This document shows positions 10,055 through 19,585 of a DNA stretch of 64,000 nucleotides, piece by piece. A model generated the notes under the pieces. The model did not search any database, was not told the origin of the DNA, and saw only the letters and a list, made by a program, of their open reading frames with translations. Position numbers and translations under genes: made by a program. How positions within the stretch are numbered: position 1 is the first letter of the stretch; every line of letters begins with the position of its first letter. Source of the DNA: an uncultured Methylomirabilota bacterium (GTDB taxonomy: Bacteria > Methylomirabilota > Methylomirabilia > Methylomirabilales > 2-02-FULL-66-22); assembly GCA_963705305.1 (NCBI GenBank), contig OY970067.1, forward strand, positions 3,712,001 through 3,776,000, written 5' to 3'.

Positions 10055-11335
10055 ATGCAGATGCGAGGGTGCGGCAAATGGCTCGGGATGACGTGTCTCA
10101 CGGTGGCGGCTGTTCTGGCGCTGGCCGGCAGCCCGGCGGCCCAGACTAAGGAGGTGGTCATCGGCGCGTTGTACGCCATGACCGGTCCCACCGCCCAGAT
10201 CGGGATCGACGCGGTCAACGCCGTCAAGGTGGTGCAGGAAATCGTCAACACCCAGCATCCCCCCATCAACGTGCCGCTGGGCAAGGGAGGAGGCCTCCCC
10301 AATCTGGGCGGGGCCAAGATCCGGATCGTCGTTGCGGATCACCAGGGGAAGCCGGATCTGGGCCTGTCCGAGGCGGAGCGGCTGATCACCCAGGACAAGG
10401 TCAACGCCCTCTTCGGGGCCTACTTCTCCAGCGTGACCAACACGGCGAGCCAGGTGGCCGAGCGGATGGGGGTTCCCTTCCTTAATGCCGACTCCTCGTC
10501 GCCCGCCCTCACGGAGCGGGGGTTCAAGTGGTTCTTTCGGACGACCCCCCACGACGGCGACTTCAGCCGGGTGATGTTCGAGTTCATGCGCGACTTCGAG
10601 AAGAAGGGGGGAGTGAAGTTCAAGAGCGTGGCCATCCTGAACGAGGACACTCAGTTCGGCTCCGACAGCGCCAAGGTGCAGGAGGAGCTGGCAAAGAAGT
10701 TCGGCTACGAGGTCGCCGCCCGGGTCCCCTTCCGGACGGGAACGACCAGCCTGGACGCCGAGGTGGGGCGGCTGAAGGCGGCCAACGCCGACGTGCTCCT
10801 GCCCAGCCTGTATACGTCGGATGCCATCCTGCTCACCCGGACGATGCGGAACTTGGACTACAACCCGAAGCTGATCATCGCGCAGGACGCGGGGTACACC
10901 GATCCCAAGTTCGTCTCCGAGATGGGGAGGGATGCGGTGGGAGCCATCACCCGGGCGCCCTTTTCGCTGGACCTGATGGCCAGGAAGCCGCTGATCCCCG
11001 TGATCAACGACATGTTCAAGAAGCTGGGCGGCCGGGACCTCAGCGATGTATCGGCCCGGGCCTTCACGGGCTTCCTCACGCTGGTGGATGCCATCAATCG
11101 GGCGGGCTCGACTGAGCCAGCCGCCATCCAGAAGGCCCTGCAGCAAACCGACATTCCGCCCGACCAGCTCATCATGCCTTGGACCGGAGTGAAATTCGAC
11201 CAGAAGGGGCAGAACATCGACGCGCGGGCCATCCTGCAGCAGATGCAGGCGGGGGCCTACGTCACCGTCTACCCCTTCGAGCTGGCCACGAAGGACGTGA
11301 TCTACCCCATTCCGTCGTGGTCGCAGCGCAAGTAG
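10055..11335 (+). CDS. Branched-chain-amino-acid-type ABC substrate-binding protein
   Basis: Signal peptide, GALYAMTG, WFFRTTPHD; upstream of two permeases and two ATPases. Confidence 0.9.
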   Translation: MQMRGCGKWLGMTCLTVAAVLALAGSPAAQTKEVVIGALYAMTGPTAQIGIDAVNAVKVVQEIVNTQHPPINVPLGKGGGLPNLGGAKIRIVVADHQGKPDLGLSEAERLITQDKVNALFGAYFSSVTNTASQVAERMGVPFLNADSSSPALTERGFKWFFRTTPHDGDFSRVMFEFMRDFEKKGGVKFKSVAILNEDTQFGSDSAKVQEELAKKFGYEVAARVPFRTGTTSLDAEVGRLKAANADVLLPSLYTSDAILLTRTMRNLDYNPKLIIAQDAGYTDPKFVSEMGRDAVGAITRAPFSLDLMARKPLIPVINDMFKKLGGRDLSDVSARAFTGFLTLVDAINRAGSTEPAAIQKALQQTDIPPDQLIMPWTGVKFDQKGQNIDARAILQQMQAGAYVTVYPFELATKDVIYPIPSWSQRK

Positions 11336-11399
11336 CCAGCCGAGCCTGACGAGGGATCGGAAGGAGAGGGGCGGGGCTCGCCCGCCCCTTGCACGCTCG

Positions 11400-12278
11400 A
11401 TGTTTACCGTGCCGCCTCCGGATGTTCTGGCCCAGGGGATCCTGAATGGGATTCTCATGGGATTCGTCTACGCGCTCATCTCGGTTGGCCTGACCCTCAT
11501 CTTCGGACTCATGGAAATCGTGAACTTTGCGCATGGCGAGTTTCTCATGCTCAGCATGTACACGGCCTTCTGGGCCTGGACCCTCTTCGGCCTGGACCCT
11601 CTCCTCAGCGTGCCCCTGTGCGCCGCGGCGCTCTTCCTTCTCGGCTGGCTGACGTACGTGGGGATCATCCGGCGCGTCCTGGGCGGGCCCATGCTGGCCC
11701 AGATCTTCGCCACCTTCGGCCTGGGGATCTTCCTCCGCGCGGCGGCCCAATTCCTTTGGACCCCCGACTTCCGCCAGGTGGGCCGGGCGTGGGTGCAAGG
11801 GCCGGTGAAGATCCTGGGCATCTCTGTCGGCCTGCCGCAGGTGGTGGCCAGCGGGGCGTCACTCGTGGCGTTCGGCCTGCTGTACTGGTTCATCACCAGG
11901 ACGGAGACCGGCATGGCCCTGGAGGCCACGGCGGAAGACCGGCAGGCGGCGGCCCTCATGGGCATCAACACGGAGCGGATGTTTGCCCTGGGTTGGGGGA
12001 TCGGCTCCGCCTGCGTGGGGGTCGCGGGGGCCTTCCTGGCCAGCTTCTTCTATATCTTCCCCCAAGTCGGATTCCTCTTCGCCCTGATCGCCTACGTGAT
12101 CGTAGCTCTGGGCGGGTTTGGGAGCATCCCGGGTTCATTGGCGGCCGGACTGATCATCGGGCTGGTCGAGGTCTTGGGGGGGCTGTTCATCGCCCCGGCG
12201 TTCAAGTACGTGGCGGTGTACCTCATCTACCTGCTGATCGTCCTGGTGCGACCGCAGGGCCTCCTCGGAAAGTTCTGA
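11400..12278 (+). CDS. HAAT ABC permease (LivH-like)
   Basis: GLTLIFGLMEIVNFAHGEF, ALGGFGS, RPQGL. Confidence 0.92.
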   Translation: MFTVPPPDVLAQGILNGILMGFVYALISVGLTLIFGLMEIVNFAHGEFLMLSMYTAFWAWTLFGLDPLLSVPLCAAALFLLGWLTYVGIIRRVLGGPMLAQIFATFGLGIFLRAAAQFLWTPDFRQVGRAWVQGPVKILGISVGLPQVVASGASLVAFGLLYWFITRTETGMALEATAEDRQAAALMGINTERMFALGWGIGSACVGVAGAFLASFFYIFPQVGFLFALIAYVIVALGGFGSIPGSLAAGLIIGLVEVLGGLFIAPAFKYVAVYLIYLLIVLVRPQGLLGKF

Positions 12279-13306
12279 TGGCGACCCAGGAGCACCCCGA
12301 GGCCGTGAAGGGAGGGGCCGCCCGCAGGGCCCCGTCGGCTGCCGGCGCAAGCGCGGAGACGATCGTCTTCGTGCTCTTGCTTCTGGCCGCCCTGGCGTTT
12401 CCCGTCCTCTACCAGCTTCCCTATCCCCGGGACGTGGCGATCAAGGTCCTCCTGTACGCCATGCTGGCCCAGGCCTGGAACATCCTGGCGGGCTACTGCG
12501 GTCAGATCTCCCTGGGCCACGCCGTGTTTTTCGGCGCCGGCGCCTATACCTCCAGCATCCTCCAAACCACCCTCGGCTGGAACCCGTGGGTCGGCCTCCT
12601 GGCGGGGGCGGCCGTGGCCGTGGCGCTGTCGGTCCTCATCGGGTATCCGTGCTTTCGCCTGCGCGGGCACTACTTCGCCATCGCCACCATCGCCATCGGG
12701 GAGATCGTCCAGACATTGGCCATCAACTGGGACTTCATCGGCGGGGCGCGGGGCCTCTCCCTTCCCTTCCGGAAGGACTCCGTCCTGGGCTTCCAGTTCC
12801 AGACCAGCAAGTACCCCTACTACTACATCATCCTGGCCCTTTTCGCCCTCTGCATGCTGGTGAGCTGGCGGATCGAGCGGACCCGGCTCGGGTACTACTT
12901 CCGGGCGATCCGCGACGATCCCGAGGCGGCGCAGAGCGTCGGGATTTCCATCCGGCGGTACAAGCTCATCGCCATGGCCATCTCCGCGGCGTTCGTGGCG
13001 GCGGGCGGGAGCTTCTACGCGCAGTATGTCCTCTACCTCGATCCCGACAGCGTCTTCCCCCTCTCCTTGTCCATCCTCATCTGCGTCCTGGCGGTGGTGG
13101 GGGGCACGGGGACGCTGTGGGGCCCCCTGGTGGGTGCCGCCATCATGATCCCGCTGTCGGAATTCACGCGCATCCAGTTCGGCGGGACGGGCGGAGCGGT
13201 GGACCTCCTCATCTACGGCGGCCTGCTCACGTCCGTGGCGGTCTTCCAGCCCGCGGGGCTGGTGGGCCTCCTGCGGCGCTGGTGGAGACGCGGATGGCGC
13301 TCCTGA
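12278..13306 (+). CDS. HAAT ABC permease (LivM-like)
   Basis: WNILAGYCGQISLGH, LRGHYFAIAT; TGATG translational coupling. Confidence 0.92.
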   Translation: MATQEHPEAVKGGAARRAPSAAGASAETIVFVLLLLAALAFPVLYQLPYPRDVAIKVLLYAMLAQAWNILAGYCGQISLGHAVFFGAGAYTSSILQTTLGWNPWVGLLAGAAVAVALSVLIGYPCFRLRGHYFAIATIAIGEIVQTLAINWDFIGGARGLSLPFRKDSVLGFQFQTSKYPYYYIILALFALCMLVSWRIERTRLGYYFRAIRDDPEAAQSVGISIRRYKLIAMAISAAFVAAGGSFYAQYVLYLDPDSVFPLSLSILICVLAVVGGTGTLWGPLVGAAIMIPLSEFTRIQFGGTGGAVDLLIYGGLLTSVAVFQPAGLVGLLRRWWRRGWRS

Positions 13307-14067
13307 CCCTCGAAGGCGTCACCAAGCGATTCGGCGGACTGGTGGCCAACAACCGGGTCAGCTTCGAGGTCCGCGAAGGAGAGATTCTGGGGCTCATCGG
13401 GCCCAACGGCGCCGGCAAGAGCACGCTCTTCGAGGTGGTCACGGGCTACTACCGGCCCGAGGCGGGGGAGATCCGCTTCGGCGGCCAGCGGATCGTGGGG
13501 CGGCGCCCGGACCAGATCAACCGGCTGGGCATCGCGCGCACCTTCCAGAAGCTCCGCCCGTTCCACGCCATGACGCTGGCCGAGAACGTCATGGTGGCCG
13601 CCATGCAGCACCTGCCCGATCCGGCCGCCGCGCGGCGGGAGGCGCTCAGGTATCTGGCCTTCGTCGAGCTGGCGGACAAGGCCGACAGCTTTGCCAACAC
13701 CCTCAGCACCGGGGAGCGCAAGCGGCTGGAGATGGCGCGGGCCATGGCAACCCGCCCGCGACTCCTGCTGCTGGACGAGATCACGGGGGGTGTGGATCAT
13801 CGCACCATTCCCACCCTGGTGCAGCTCATCGGGCGGCTCAGGGGCGAGGGGCTGACCCTGGTGGTGATCGAGCACAACATGCGGGTCATCATGTCCATCT
13901 CCGACCGGATCGTGGCTCTGCGGCTGGGCGAGGTGATCGCCGACGGACCCCCCGCCGAGGTGGGGAGGAACCCGCGCGTGATCGAGGCGTATCTCGGAGA
14001 GGCGTTCGTCCTGCCAGCGGGACAGGGCCGGCAGGCTCCTCCACCGGGCCGGCCGGAGCGGGCGTAG
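13294..14067 (+). CDS. HAAT ABC ATPase (LivG-like)
   Basis: GPNGAGKST, RTFQ, LLLDE, IEHNM. Confidence 0.92.
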   Translation: MALLTLEGVTKRFGGLVANNRVSFEVREGEILGLIGPNGAGKSTLFEVVTGYYRPEAGEIRFGGQRIVGRRPDQINRLGIARTFQKLRPFHAMTLAENVMVAAMQHLPDPAAARREALRYLAFVELADKADSFANTLSTGERKRLEMARAMATRPRLLLLDEITGGVDHRTIPTLVQLIGRLRGEGLTLVVIEHNMRVIMSISDRIVALRLGEVIADGPPAEVGRNPRVIEAYLGEAFVLPAGQGRQAPPPGRPERA

Positions 14068-14068
14068 C

Positions 14069-14773
14069 GTGTTAGAGATCCAGGATCTCCAGGTCCGCTA
14101 CGGGGACTTCCAGGCCCTCTGGGGCGTATCCCTCGAGGTCCACGAGGGCGAGATCGTGTGTCTCCTGGGACCCAACGGGGCCGGCAAGAGCACGCTGGTG
14201 AGCGCGATCTCGGGCCTCGTCAAGCCGCTGGCGGGGCAGCTCCGGTTCTGCGGGGAGCGGATCGACGGTCTCCCCACCCACCAGATTGTCACGCGGGGCA
14301 TCTCCCACGTCCTCGAGCAGCGGCGCGTCTTCCCTTACCTCACGGTCGAGAAGAACCTGATCCTGGGCAGCTTCCAGGAGCGGGCCCGCGCGCATCGCGA
14401 GGAGACGCTCGGCTGGGTCTTCAGCCTGTTTCCCATCTTGGCGGAGCGGCGCCACCAGATGGGCTACAGCCTGAGCGGGGGCGAGCAGCAGATGCTGGCC
14501 ATCGGGCGGGGCCTGATGTCGCGGCCGAGGTTTCTCATGGTGGACGAGCCGCTCCTGGGTCTGGCACCCCTGGTGGTCGCCGCCATCATGGAGATCATCC
14601 GCAAGATCAACGCGGCGGGCGTGACGGTGCTCTTCATCGATCAGAACGTCCAGCTCGCCCTGAGCGTCTCGCATCGCGGGTATCTGCTGGAAAGCGGTCG
14701 GATGGTGATCTCGGGCACCGCCGGGGAGCTCCTGCAATCGGATCTGGTGCGGAAGGTGTATCTGGGGATATGA
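14069..14773 (+). CDS. HAAT ABC ATPase (LivF-like)
   Basis: GPNGAGKST, LSGGEQQML, MVDEP. Confidence 0.92.
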   Translation: MLEIQDLQVRYGDFQALWGVSLEVHEGEIVCLLGPNGAGKSTLVSAISGLVKPLAGQLRFCGERIDGLPTHQIVTRGISHVLEQRRVFPYLTVEKNLILGSFQERARAHREETLGWVFSLFPILAERRHQMGYSLSGGEQQMLAIGRGLMSRPRFLMVDEPLLGLAPLVVAAIMEIIRKINAAGVTVLFIDQNVQLALSVSHRGYLLESGRMVISGTAGELLQSDLVRKVYLGI

Positions 14774-14805
14774 GGGGTGGTGACCGCCATCCCGTGGAGG
14801 CACGC

Positions 14806-15573
14806 ATGCAGATCGACCTGAACTCGGACATGGGGGAGTCGTTCGGGGCCTACACCATCGGCGCGGATGAGGAGGTCTTGCGCTGGGTGACTTCCGCCAA
14901 CGTGGCCTGCGGCTGGCACGGGGGAGACCCGCGGGTCATGCGCCAGACGGTGGAGCGGGCCAAGGCGCTGGGGGTAGCGGTCGGGGCCCACCCCAGCTAC
15001 CCGGACCTGCTGGGGTTCGGGCGCCGGGTGATGCAGATCACGCGGGGGGAGGCACGGGACTACGTCCTCTACCAGATCGGCGCCCTGCGGGCGTTTGCCG
15101 AAGCGCTGGGAGTCCGGCTGCAGCACGTGAAGCCGCATGGCGCTATCTACAACGCCGCCGCCGGGGACCGCGAGCTGAGCCTGGGCATCGCCGAGGGGAT
15201 CGCCGATGCCGGGGGCGAGCTCATCCTGGTGGGACTGCCCGGGTCGGAGCTGGTGCGGGCCGGGCAGGCTCTGGGCCTCCGGGTGGCCCGCGAGGCCTTC
15301 GGCGACCGAGCCTACAACGAGGACGGCAGCCTGGTATCCCGCCGGCTGGCCGGCTCGTTGATCACGGATCCGGCAGCGGTGGCCGATCGGGTGCTCGAGA
15401 TGGTGCGGGGAGGCGTGACCGCGATCACCGGAGCACGAATCCCGGTCGAGGCGGATACGATCTGCCTGCACGGAGATACGCCGGGGGCGGGCGCCATCGC
15501 CCGGCGCGTGCGCGAGCATCTGGAGGCCGCCGGCATCCGCCTCCGCCCTCTGGGGGAGTTTCTGGGACGATAG
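14806..15573 (+). CDS. pxpA: 5-oxoprolinase subunit A (LamB/YcsF)
   Basis: IDLNSDMGESFG, SANVACGWHGGD, HVKPHGA, TICLHGD. Confidence 0.95.
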   Translation: MQIDLNSDMGESFGAYTIGADEEVLRWVTSANVACGWHGGDPRVMRQTVERAKALGVAVGAHPSYPDLLGFGRRVMQITRGEARDYVLYQIGALRAFAEALGVRLQHVKPHGAIYNAAAGDRELSLGIAEGIADAGGELILVGLPGSELVRAGQALGLRVAREAFGDRAYNEDGSLVSRRLAGSLITDPAAVADRVLEMVRGGVTAITGARIPVEADTICLHGDTPGAGAIARRVREHLEAAGIRLRPLGEFLGR

Positions 15574-15579
15574 GATTGG

Positions 15580-15869
15580 CAGGCTGCTGAAAAAGGCCCA
15601 TCTGCCGAGACCCATCCTTCGGATGGGTACCCCACCCGCTCGGGCGCTCGCTGCGGCGTACCGGAAGTACGCCTTGACCCGCCTGTGGCGGGTGCCCCGC
15701 CCCGGGTACCCATCCCGAGGGATGGGTGACGCCGCCTTGCCGTTCGACAGGCCCTTCGACAAGCTCAGGGCGGTGAGCACAGTCGAACCGCTCACGGTCC
15801 CGAGCGAAGTCGAGGGACATCTGGACCTTTTTGAGCAGCCTGCGGGGAAACGAGTTTTCTAGCAACCTG
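15580..15869. mobile_element. MITE-like repeat, family A copy 2 (between pxpA and pxpB)
   Basis: CAGGCTGCTGAAAA...TTTTCTAGCAACCTG; shares core with copy 1 and has an extra CCTTCGACAAGCTCAGGGC unit. Confidence 0.85.
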
Positions 15870-15923
15870 TTCGAGGCGGCAGGCGTCCCTCGAAGGACCG
15901 GCGCCGCTGGCACGAGCGCATCC

Positions 15924-16625
15924 ATGGCTATCCAATTTCTTCCGGCGGGCGATCGCGGCCTGGTGGTCGAATTCGGGAACGAGATCAGCGCGGAGCTCAA
16001 CGCGGCGGTGCGCGCCCTGGCGCTCGGGCTGACGACGACCCGGCTGCCCGGAGTGGTGGAGGTGATCCCGACGTACCGCTCGCTCGGGATCGAATACGAC
16101 CCGACGGCGGTATCCTGGGAAAGCCTGGTGGAACACATCCGAGGGGTGCTGGACCGCCTCGATCCGGGCGCGCTGCCGCCTCCGAAGCTGGTCCGGCTTC
16201 CCACGGTGTACGGAGGCCGCTTCGGACCCGATCTGCCCTTCGTGGCGGAGCACGCCGGGCTGGGCGAGGCTGACGTGGCCCGACTGCACAGCCGAGCGAC
16301 CTACCACGTCTACATGATCGGCTTCACGGCGGGATTCGCATACCTCGGCGGTTTGCCCGAGCGCCTGCACACCCCGCGCCTCGCGTCGCCACGCCTCAAG
16401 GTGCCCAAGGGGTCCGTCGGCATCGGGGGGAGTCAGACCGGGGCGTATCCGGCGGAAACGCCCGGCGGCTGGCGGATCATTGGGCGCACCCCCGTGCCCC
16501 TGTTCGATCCGCTGCGGGAGGTCCCCACCCCCATGCTGCCGGGGGATGCGGTGGAGTTCGTGCCCATCACCGAATCCGACTACCGGGACATCGAGCGCCG
16601 CGTGACCGCCGGGGAGTGGGCTTGA
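15924..16625 (+). CDS. pxpB: 5-oxoprolinase subunit B
   Basis: PTYRSL, YMIGFTAGFAYLG, GSVGIGG.QTG.YP, PGGWRIIGRT. Confidence 0.95.
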   Translation: MAIQFLPAGDRGLVVEFGNEISAELNAAVRALALGLTTTRLPGVVEVIPTYRSLGIEYDPTAVSWESLVEHIRGVLDRLDPGALPPPKLVRLPTVYGGRFGPDLPFVAEHAGLGEADVARLHSRATYHVYMIGFTAGFAYLGGLPERLHTPRLASPRLKVPKGSVGIGGSQTGAYPAETPGGWRIIGRTPVPLFDPLREVPTPMLPGDAVEFVPITESDYRDIERRVTAGEWA

Positions 16626-16657
16626 CCTCTGCGTCGGCGAGCGATAGGCTTACAGGC

Positions 16658-17668
16658 ATGGACGCGCTGGAGATCCTTCGTCCCGGATTGTTGACAACGG
16701 TCCAGGACCGGGGACGATTCGGTTGCCAGCAATACGGCGTTCCGGTGAGCGGGGCCGTGGACGATCTGGCCCTGCGGGTGGCGAACCTGCTGGTCGGGAA
16801 TCCGGAGACCGCCGCGGGGCTGGAGATGACGGTGGCGGGACCGCGGCTCCGGATCGTGCAGGACGTCGTCCTGGCCCTCACCGGGGCGGAGTTTATGGCG
16901 GAACTGGACGGACAGCCGGTTCCATGGTACGAATCTTTCCATGCTAATCGAGGGCAGGAGCTCAATCTCCGCGGATGTCGGCGGGGCGTGCGCGGGTATC
17001 TGGCGGTGGGTGGGGGCATCGACGTTCCGACCGTGCTGGGCAGCCGGTCCACGTGCCTGGCGGCTCACTTCGGCGGCTTTCAGGGCCGGGCCTTGGCCGT
17101 TGGCGACCGGCTTCCCGTGATACCGCGGCCCGGCGCGCCCGAGGAATGGACCGGACGGAGCGCCCCCCGGTGGTTGCGGCCGGAATATCCCCCGACCGCG
17201 CCGCTCCGGGTTGTGTTGGGTCCGCAGGATGCAGCCTTCACCGAGGAAGGCGTTCGGGTTTTCCTGGAATCCACCTATCGGGTAACGCCGCGTGCTGACC
17301 GAATGGGCTGCCGTTTGGACGGGCCGCCGATTGCCCATCGCGGCTCGGCGGATATCATCTCGGACTGGGTCCCAATGGGAGGTGTGCAGGTGCCGGGAGA
17401 CGGCAAACCGATCGTCCTGCTGGCGGATCGGCAGACCACCGGCGGCTATCCCAAGATCGCGACGGTGATCGGGCCTGACATCCGGGTGATGGCCCAGCGC
17501 CGGCCGGGCGAGGCGGTGTGCTTCCGGGCGATTTCCGCGCCGGATGCCCAGCAGGCTGCGCGCGAGGAGGAGGCGGCTGTGACCGATTTTTCGCTCCGCG
17601 TGGCGGAGGGTCGCGGACGGACGAAGCCGGCGCGATCCGGACAGTTCCCGGACTCCGTCCCGGCTTGA
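16658..17668 (+). CDS. pxpC: 5-oxoprolinase subunit C
   Basis: TTVQDRGR, ANLLVGN, DRMG, DRQTTGGYPKI. Confidence 0.95.
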   Translation: MDALEILRPGLLTTVQDRGRFGCQQYGVPVSGAVDDLALRVANLLVGNPETAAGLEMTVAGPRLRIVQDVVLALTGAEFMAELDGQPVPWYESFHANRGQELNLRGCRRGVRGYLAVGGGIDVPTVLGSRSTCLAAHFGGFQGRALAVGDRLPVIPRPGAPEEWTGRSAPRWLRPEYPPTAPLRVVLGPQDAAFTEEGVRVFLESTYRVTPRADRMGCRLDGPPIAHRGSADIISDWVPMGGVQVPGDGKPIVLLADRQTTGGYPKIATVIGPDIRVMAQRRPGEAVCFRAISAPDAQQAAREEEAAVTDFSLRVAEGRGRTKPARSGQFPDSVPA

Positions 17669-17797
17669 GGGAATCGGTTGCGAGGCGATGCCGTCGTCAC
17701 GCCGAGCAAGAGGAACGCGGGAGGCGTTTTGGGGCTGTACTCCGGCTGGCTGGGACTCTGGGGAAGGGTCCGTCACGCCATCCAAGGGTGGGACACC

Positions 17798-18220
17798 ATG
17801 CGACTGCGACACGGTGTGGGTCTTTCTGGAATGCTGGCCATTGTGCTGCTGATGACCGGCTGCGCCTGGTTTGCCCCTCGGCAGAGCATCGGCCCGGGCG
17901 CGCCGCACATCGCAAACCTGCGCTTCGATCCGGTCGTTGTCCGCGCGGGCCAGTTTACCCAGATGACGTTCTATTTCGAGGTGGGTTCGGCAGACCTGAA
18001 AGAAGGATTCCTCATCGAGCGGGGCATCCAGGAGTTCCAGTTCTTCCAAGCCCTTCAGACCATTCCCATCAGTCTGCAGCAATATGAGGGGCTGGTGGCG
18101 GGCACGCCCGAGATTCCCGTGCAATTCGACAAGCCGGGCATTCGGCTGCTGGAGCTTTACGTTGTGACCGCCAAGGGAAAGACTAGCAATCACCTCCAGG
18201 CAACCCTGACAGTCTATTGA
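17798..18220 (+). CDS. Hypothetical lipoprotein
   Basis: Lipobox-like LMTGC after a hydrophobic stretch; beta-rich mature part. Confidence 0.7.
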   Translation: MRLRHGVGLSGMLAIVLLMTGCAWFAPRQSIGPGAPHIANLRFDPVVVRAGQFTQMTFYFEVGSADLKEGFLIERGIQEFQFFQALQTIPISLQQYEGLVAGTPEIPVQFDKPGIRLLELYVVTAKGKTSNHLQATLTVY

Positions 18221-18317
18221 CGATACCGCGGACTCGCTCGCCGGCGCACGCTTCCGAGGGGCCGACTCGTCTGGTCCGTGCGGAAGCGAAGCGGGGGCAC
18301 ACGAAGCGGGGGCAACC

Positions 18318-18346
18318 TTGACTTTACAGGAAAGCTCGCTTATGGT
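18318..18346 (+). promoter_or_regulatory. sigma70 promoter of galT
   Basis: TTGACT, 17-bp spacer, TATGGT; GGAGGA SD downstream. Confidence 0.7.
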
Positions 18347-18384
18347 CGGATGCGTGGAAGGTCCACCGTGCGGAGGATGGCTGA

Positions 18385-19383
18385 ATGCCTGAACTGCGGA
18401 AAGATCCGGTAACCTCACGCTGGGTAATCATTGCCACCGAGCGCGGCAAGCGCCCCTCGGATTTCGGGACCGAGCCGGAGAAGGAGCGGGTGGGGTTCTG
18501 CCCGTTCTGCCCGGGAAATGAAGACAAGACGCCGCCCGAGGTCCTGGCCTACCGGACCAACGGCGAGAATCCCAACGGTCCCGGCTGGCATATCCGCGTG
18601 GTGCCCAACAAGTTCCCGGCCCTCCAGATTGAGGGCGACCTGGGTCGCCAGGGCGACGGGATGTATGACAAGATGAACGGCGTCGGCGCCCATGAGGTGG
18701 TCATCGAGACTCCGCAGCATGGTGAGACGCTGGCCGGCATGGCGGAGAACCGCATCGAGGACGTCCTGTGGGCGTTCCACGACCGGCTCTTGGACCTCAA
18801 GAAGGACCAGCGGTTTCGCTACATCCTGCTGTTCAAGAATTACGGGCGGGCGGCGGGAGCCTCCTTGGAGCATCCGCACTCCCAGCTCATTGCCACCCCC
18901 ATCATCCCCAAGCGGGTGCGGGAGGAGTTGGACGGCGCCAAGGAGTACTACAACTACAAGGAGCGATGCGTCTTCTGCGATGTCGTCCGGCAGGAATTGC
19001 ATCAGGGGGTCCGGGTCGTCAATCAGAACGACGACTTTGTGACCATCGCCCCGTTTGCGGCGCGCTTCCCCTTCGAGACCTGGATCCTGCCCAAGAATCA
19101 CGACGCCTTCTTCGAGGACGCACAGAAGCACCAGTACGTCAACCTGGCGAAGCTCTTGCGGGACCTGATGCTTCGAGTAGAGAAGGTGCTGACGAATCCG
19201 CCGTATAACCTCATTATCCACAACTCCCCGCTCCGCGAGACGGACGGGCGGTATTACCACTGGCACATTGAATTGATGCCGAAACTCACGCATGTGGCGG
19301 GCTTCGAATGGGGAAGTGGCTTCTATATCAACCCCACCCCGCCGGAAGAGGCGGCCAAGTATCTGCGCGACGCCGTGGTGTGA
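18385..19383 (+). CDS. galT: Galactose-1-phosphate uridylyltransferase family protein
   Basis: ELRKDP, CPFCPGNE, GASLEHPHSQ catalytic motif, GFEWGSG. Confidence 0.93.
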   Translation: MPELRKDPVTSRWVIIATERGKRPSDFGTEPEKERVGFCPFCPGNEDKTPPEVLAYRTNGENPNGPGWHIRVVPNKFPALQIEGDLGRQGDGMYDKMNGVGAHEVVIETPQHGETLAGMAENRIEDVLWAFHDRLLDLKKDQRFRYILLFKNYGRAAGASLEHPHSQLIATPIIPKRVREELDGAKEYYNYKERCVFCDVVRQELHQGVRVVNQNDDFVTIAPFAARFPFETWILPKNHDAFFEDAQKHQYVNLAKLLRDLMLRVEKVLTNPPYNLIIHNSPLRETDGRYYHWHIELMPKLTHVAGFEWGSGFYINPTPPEEAAKYLRDAVV

Positions 19384-19585
19384 GCCGCCAGGCACCGATC
19401 CGCCAGACGGGGGCGGAGCGGACCGGCATCTTGCTGCTTGCGAGGACCGCCACCCGCTGCGAGGAACTCAGTGACTGTCCTCCGGCGAACCAGGGCCGAG
19501 GAATGAGCGGTCGGGGGTGGCCCGTGCCGCGGCGAATCTCCTCAGCGTCCTGTTGTCGACTGCGGCGCTGTTTTCGCGGCGCGCC

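Noticed and set aside
18287..18314. Direct repeat CGAAGCGGGGGCA twice, just upstream of the galT -35
   Set aside because: Only two copies; could be a regulator site but there is no other support
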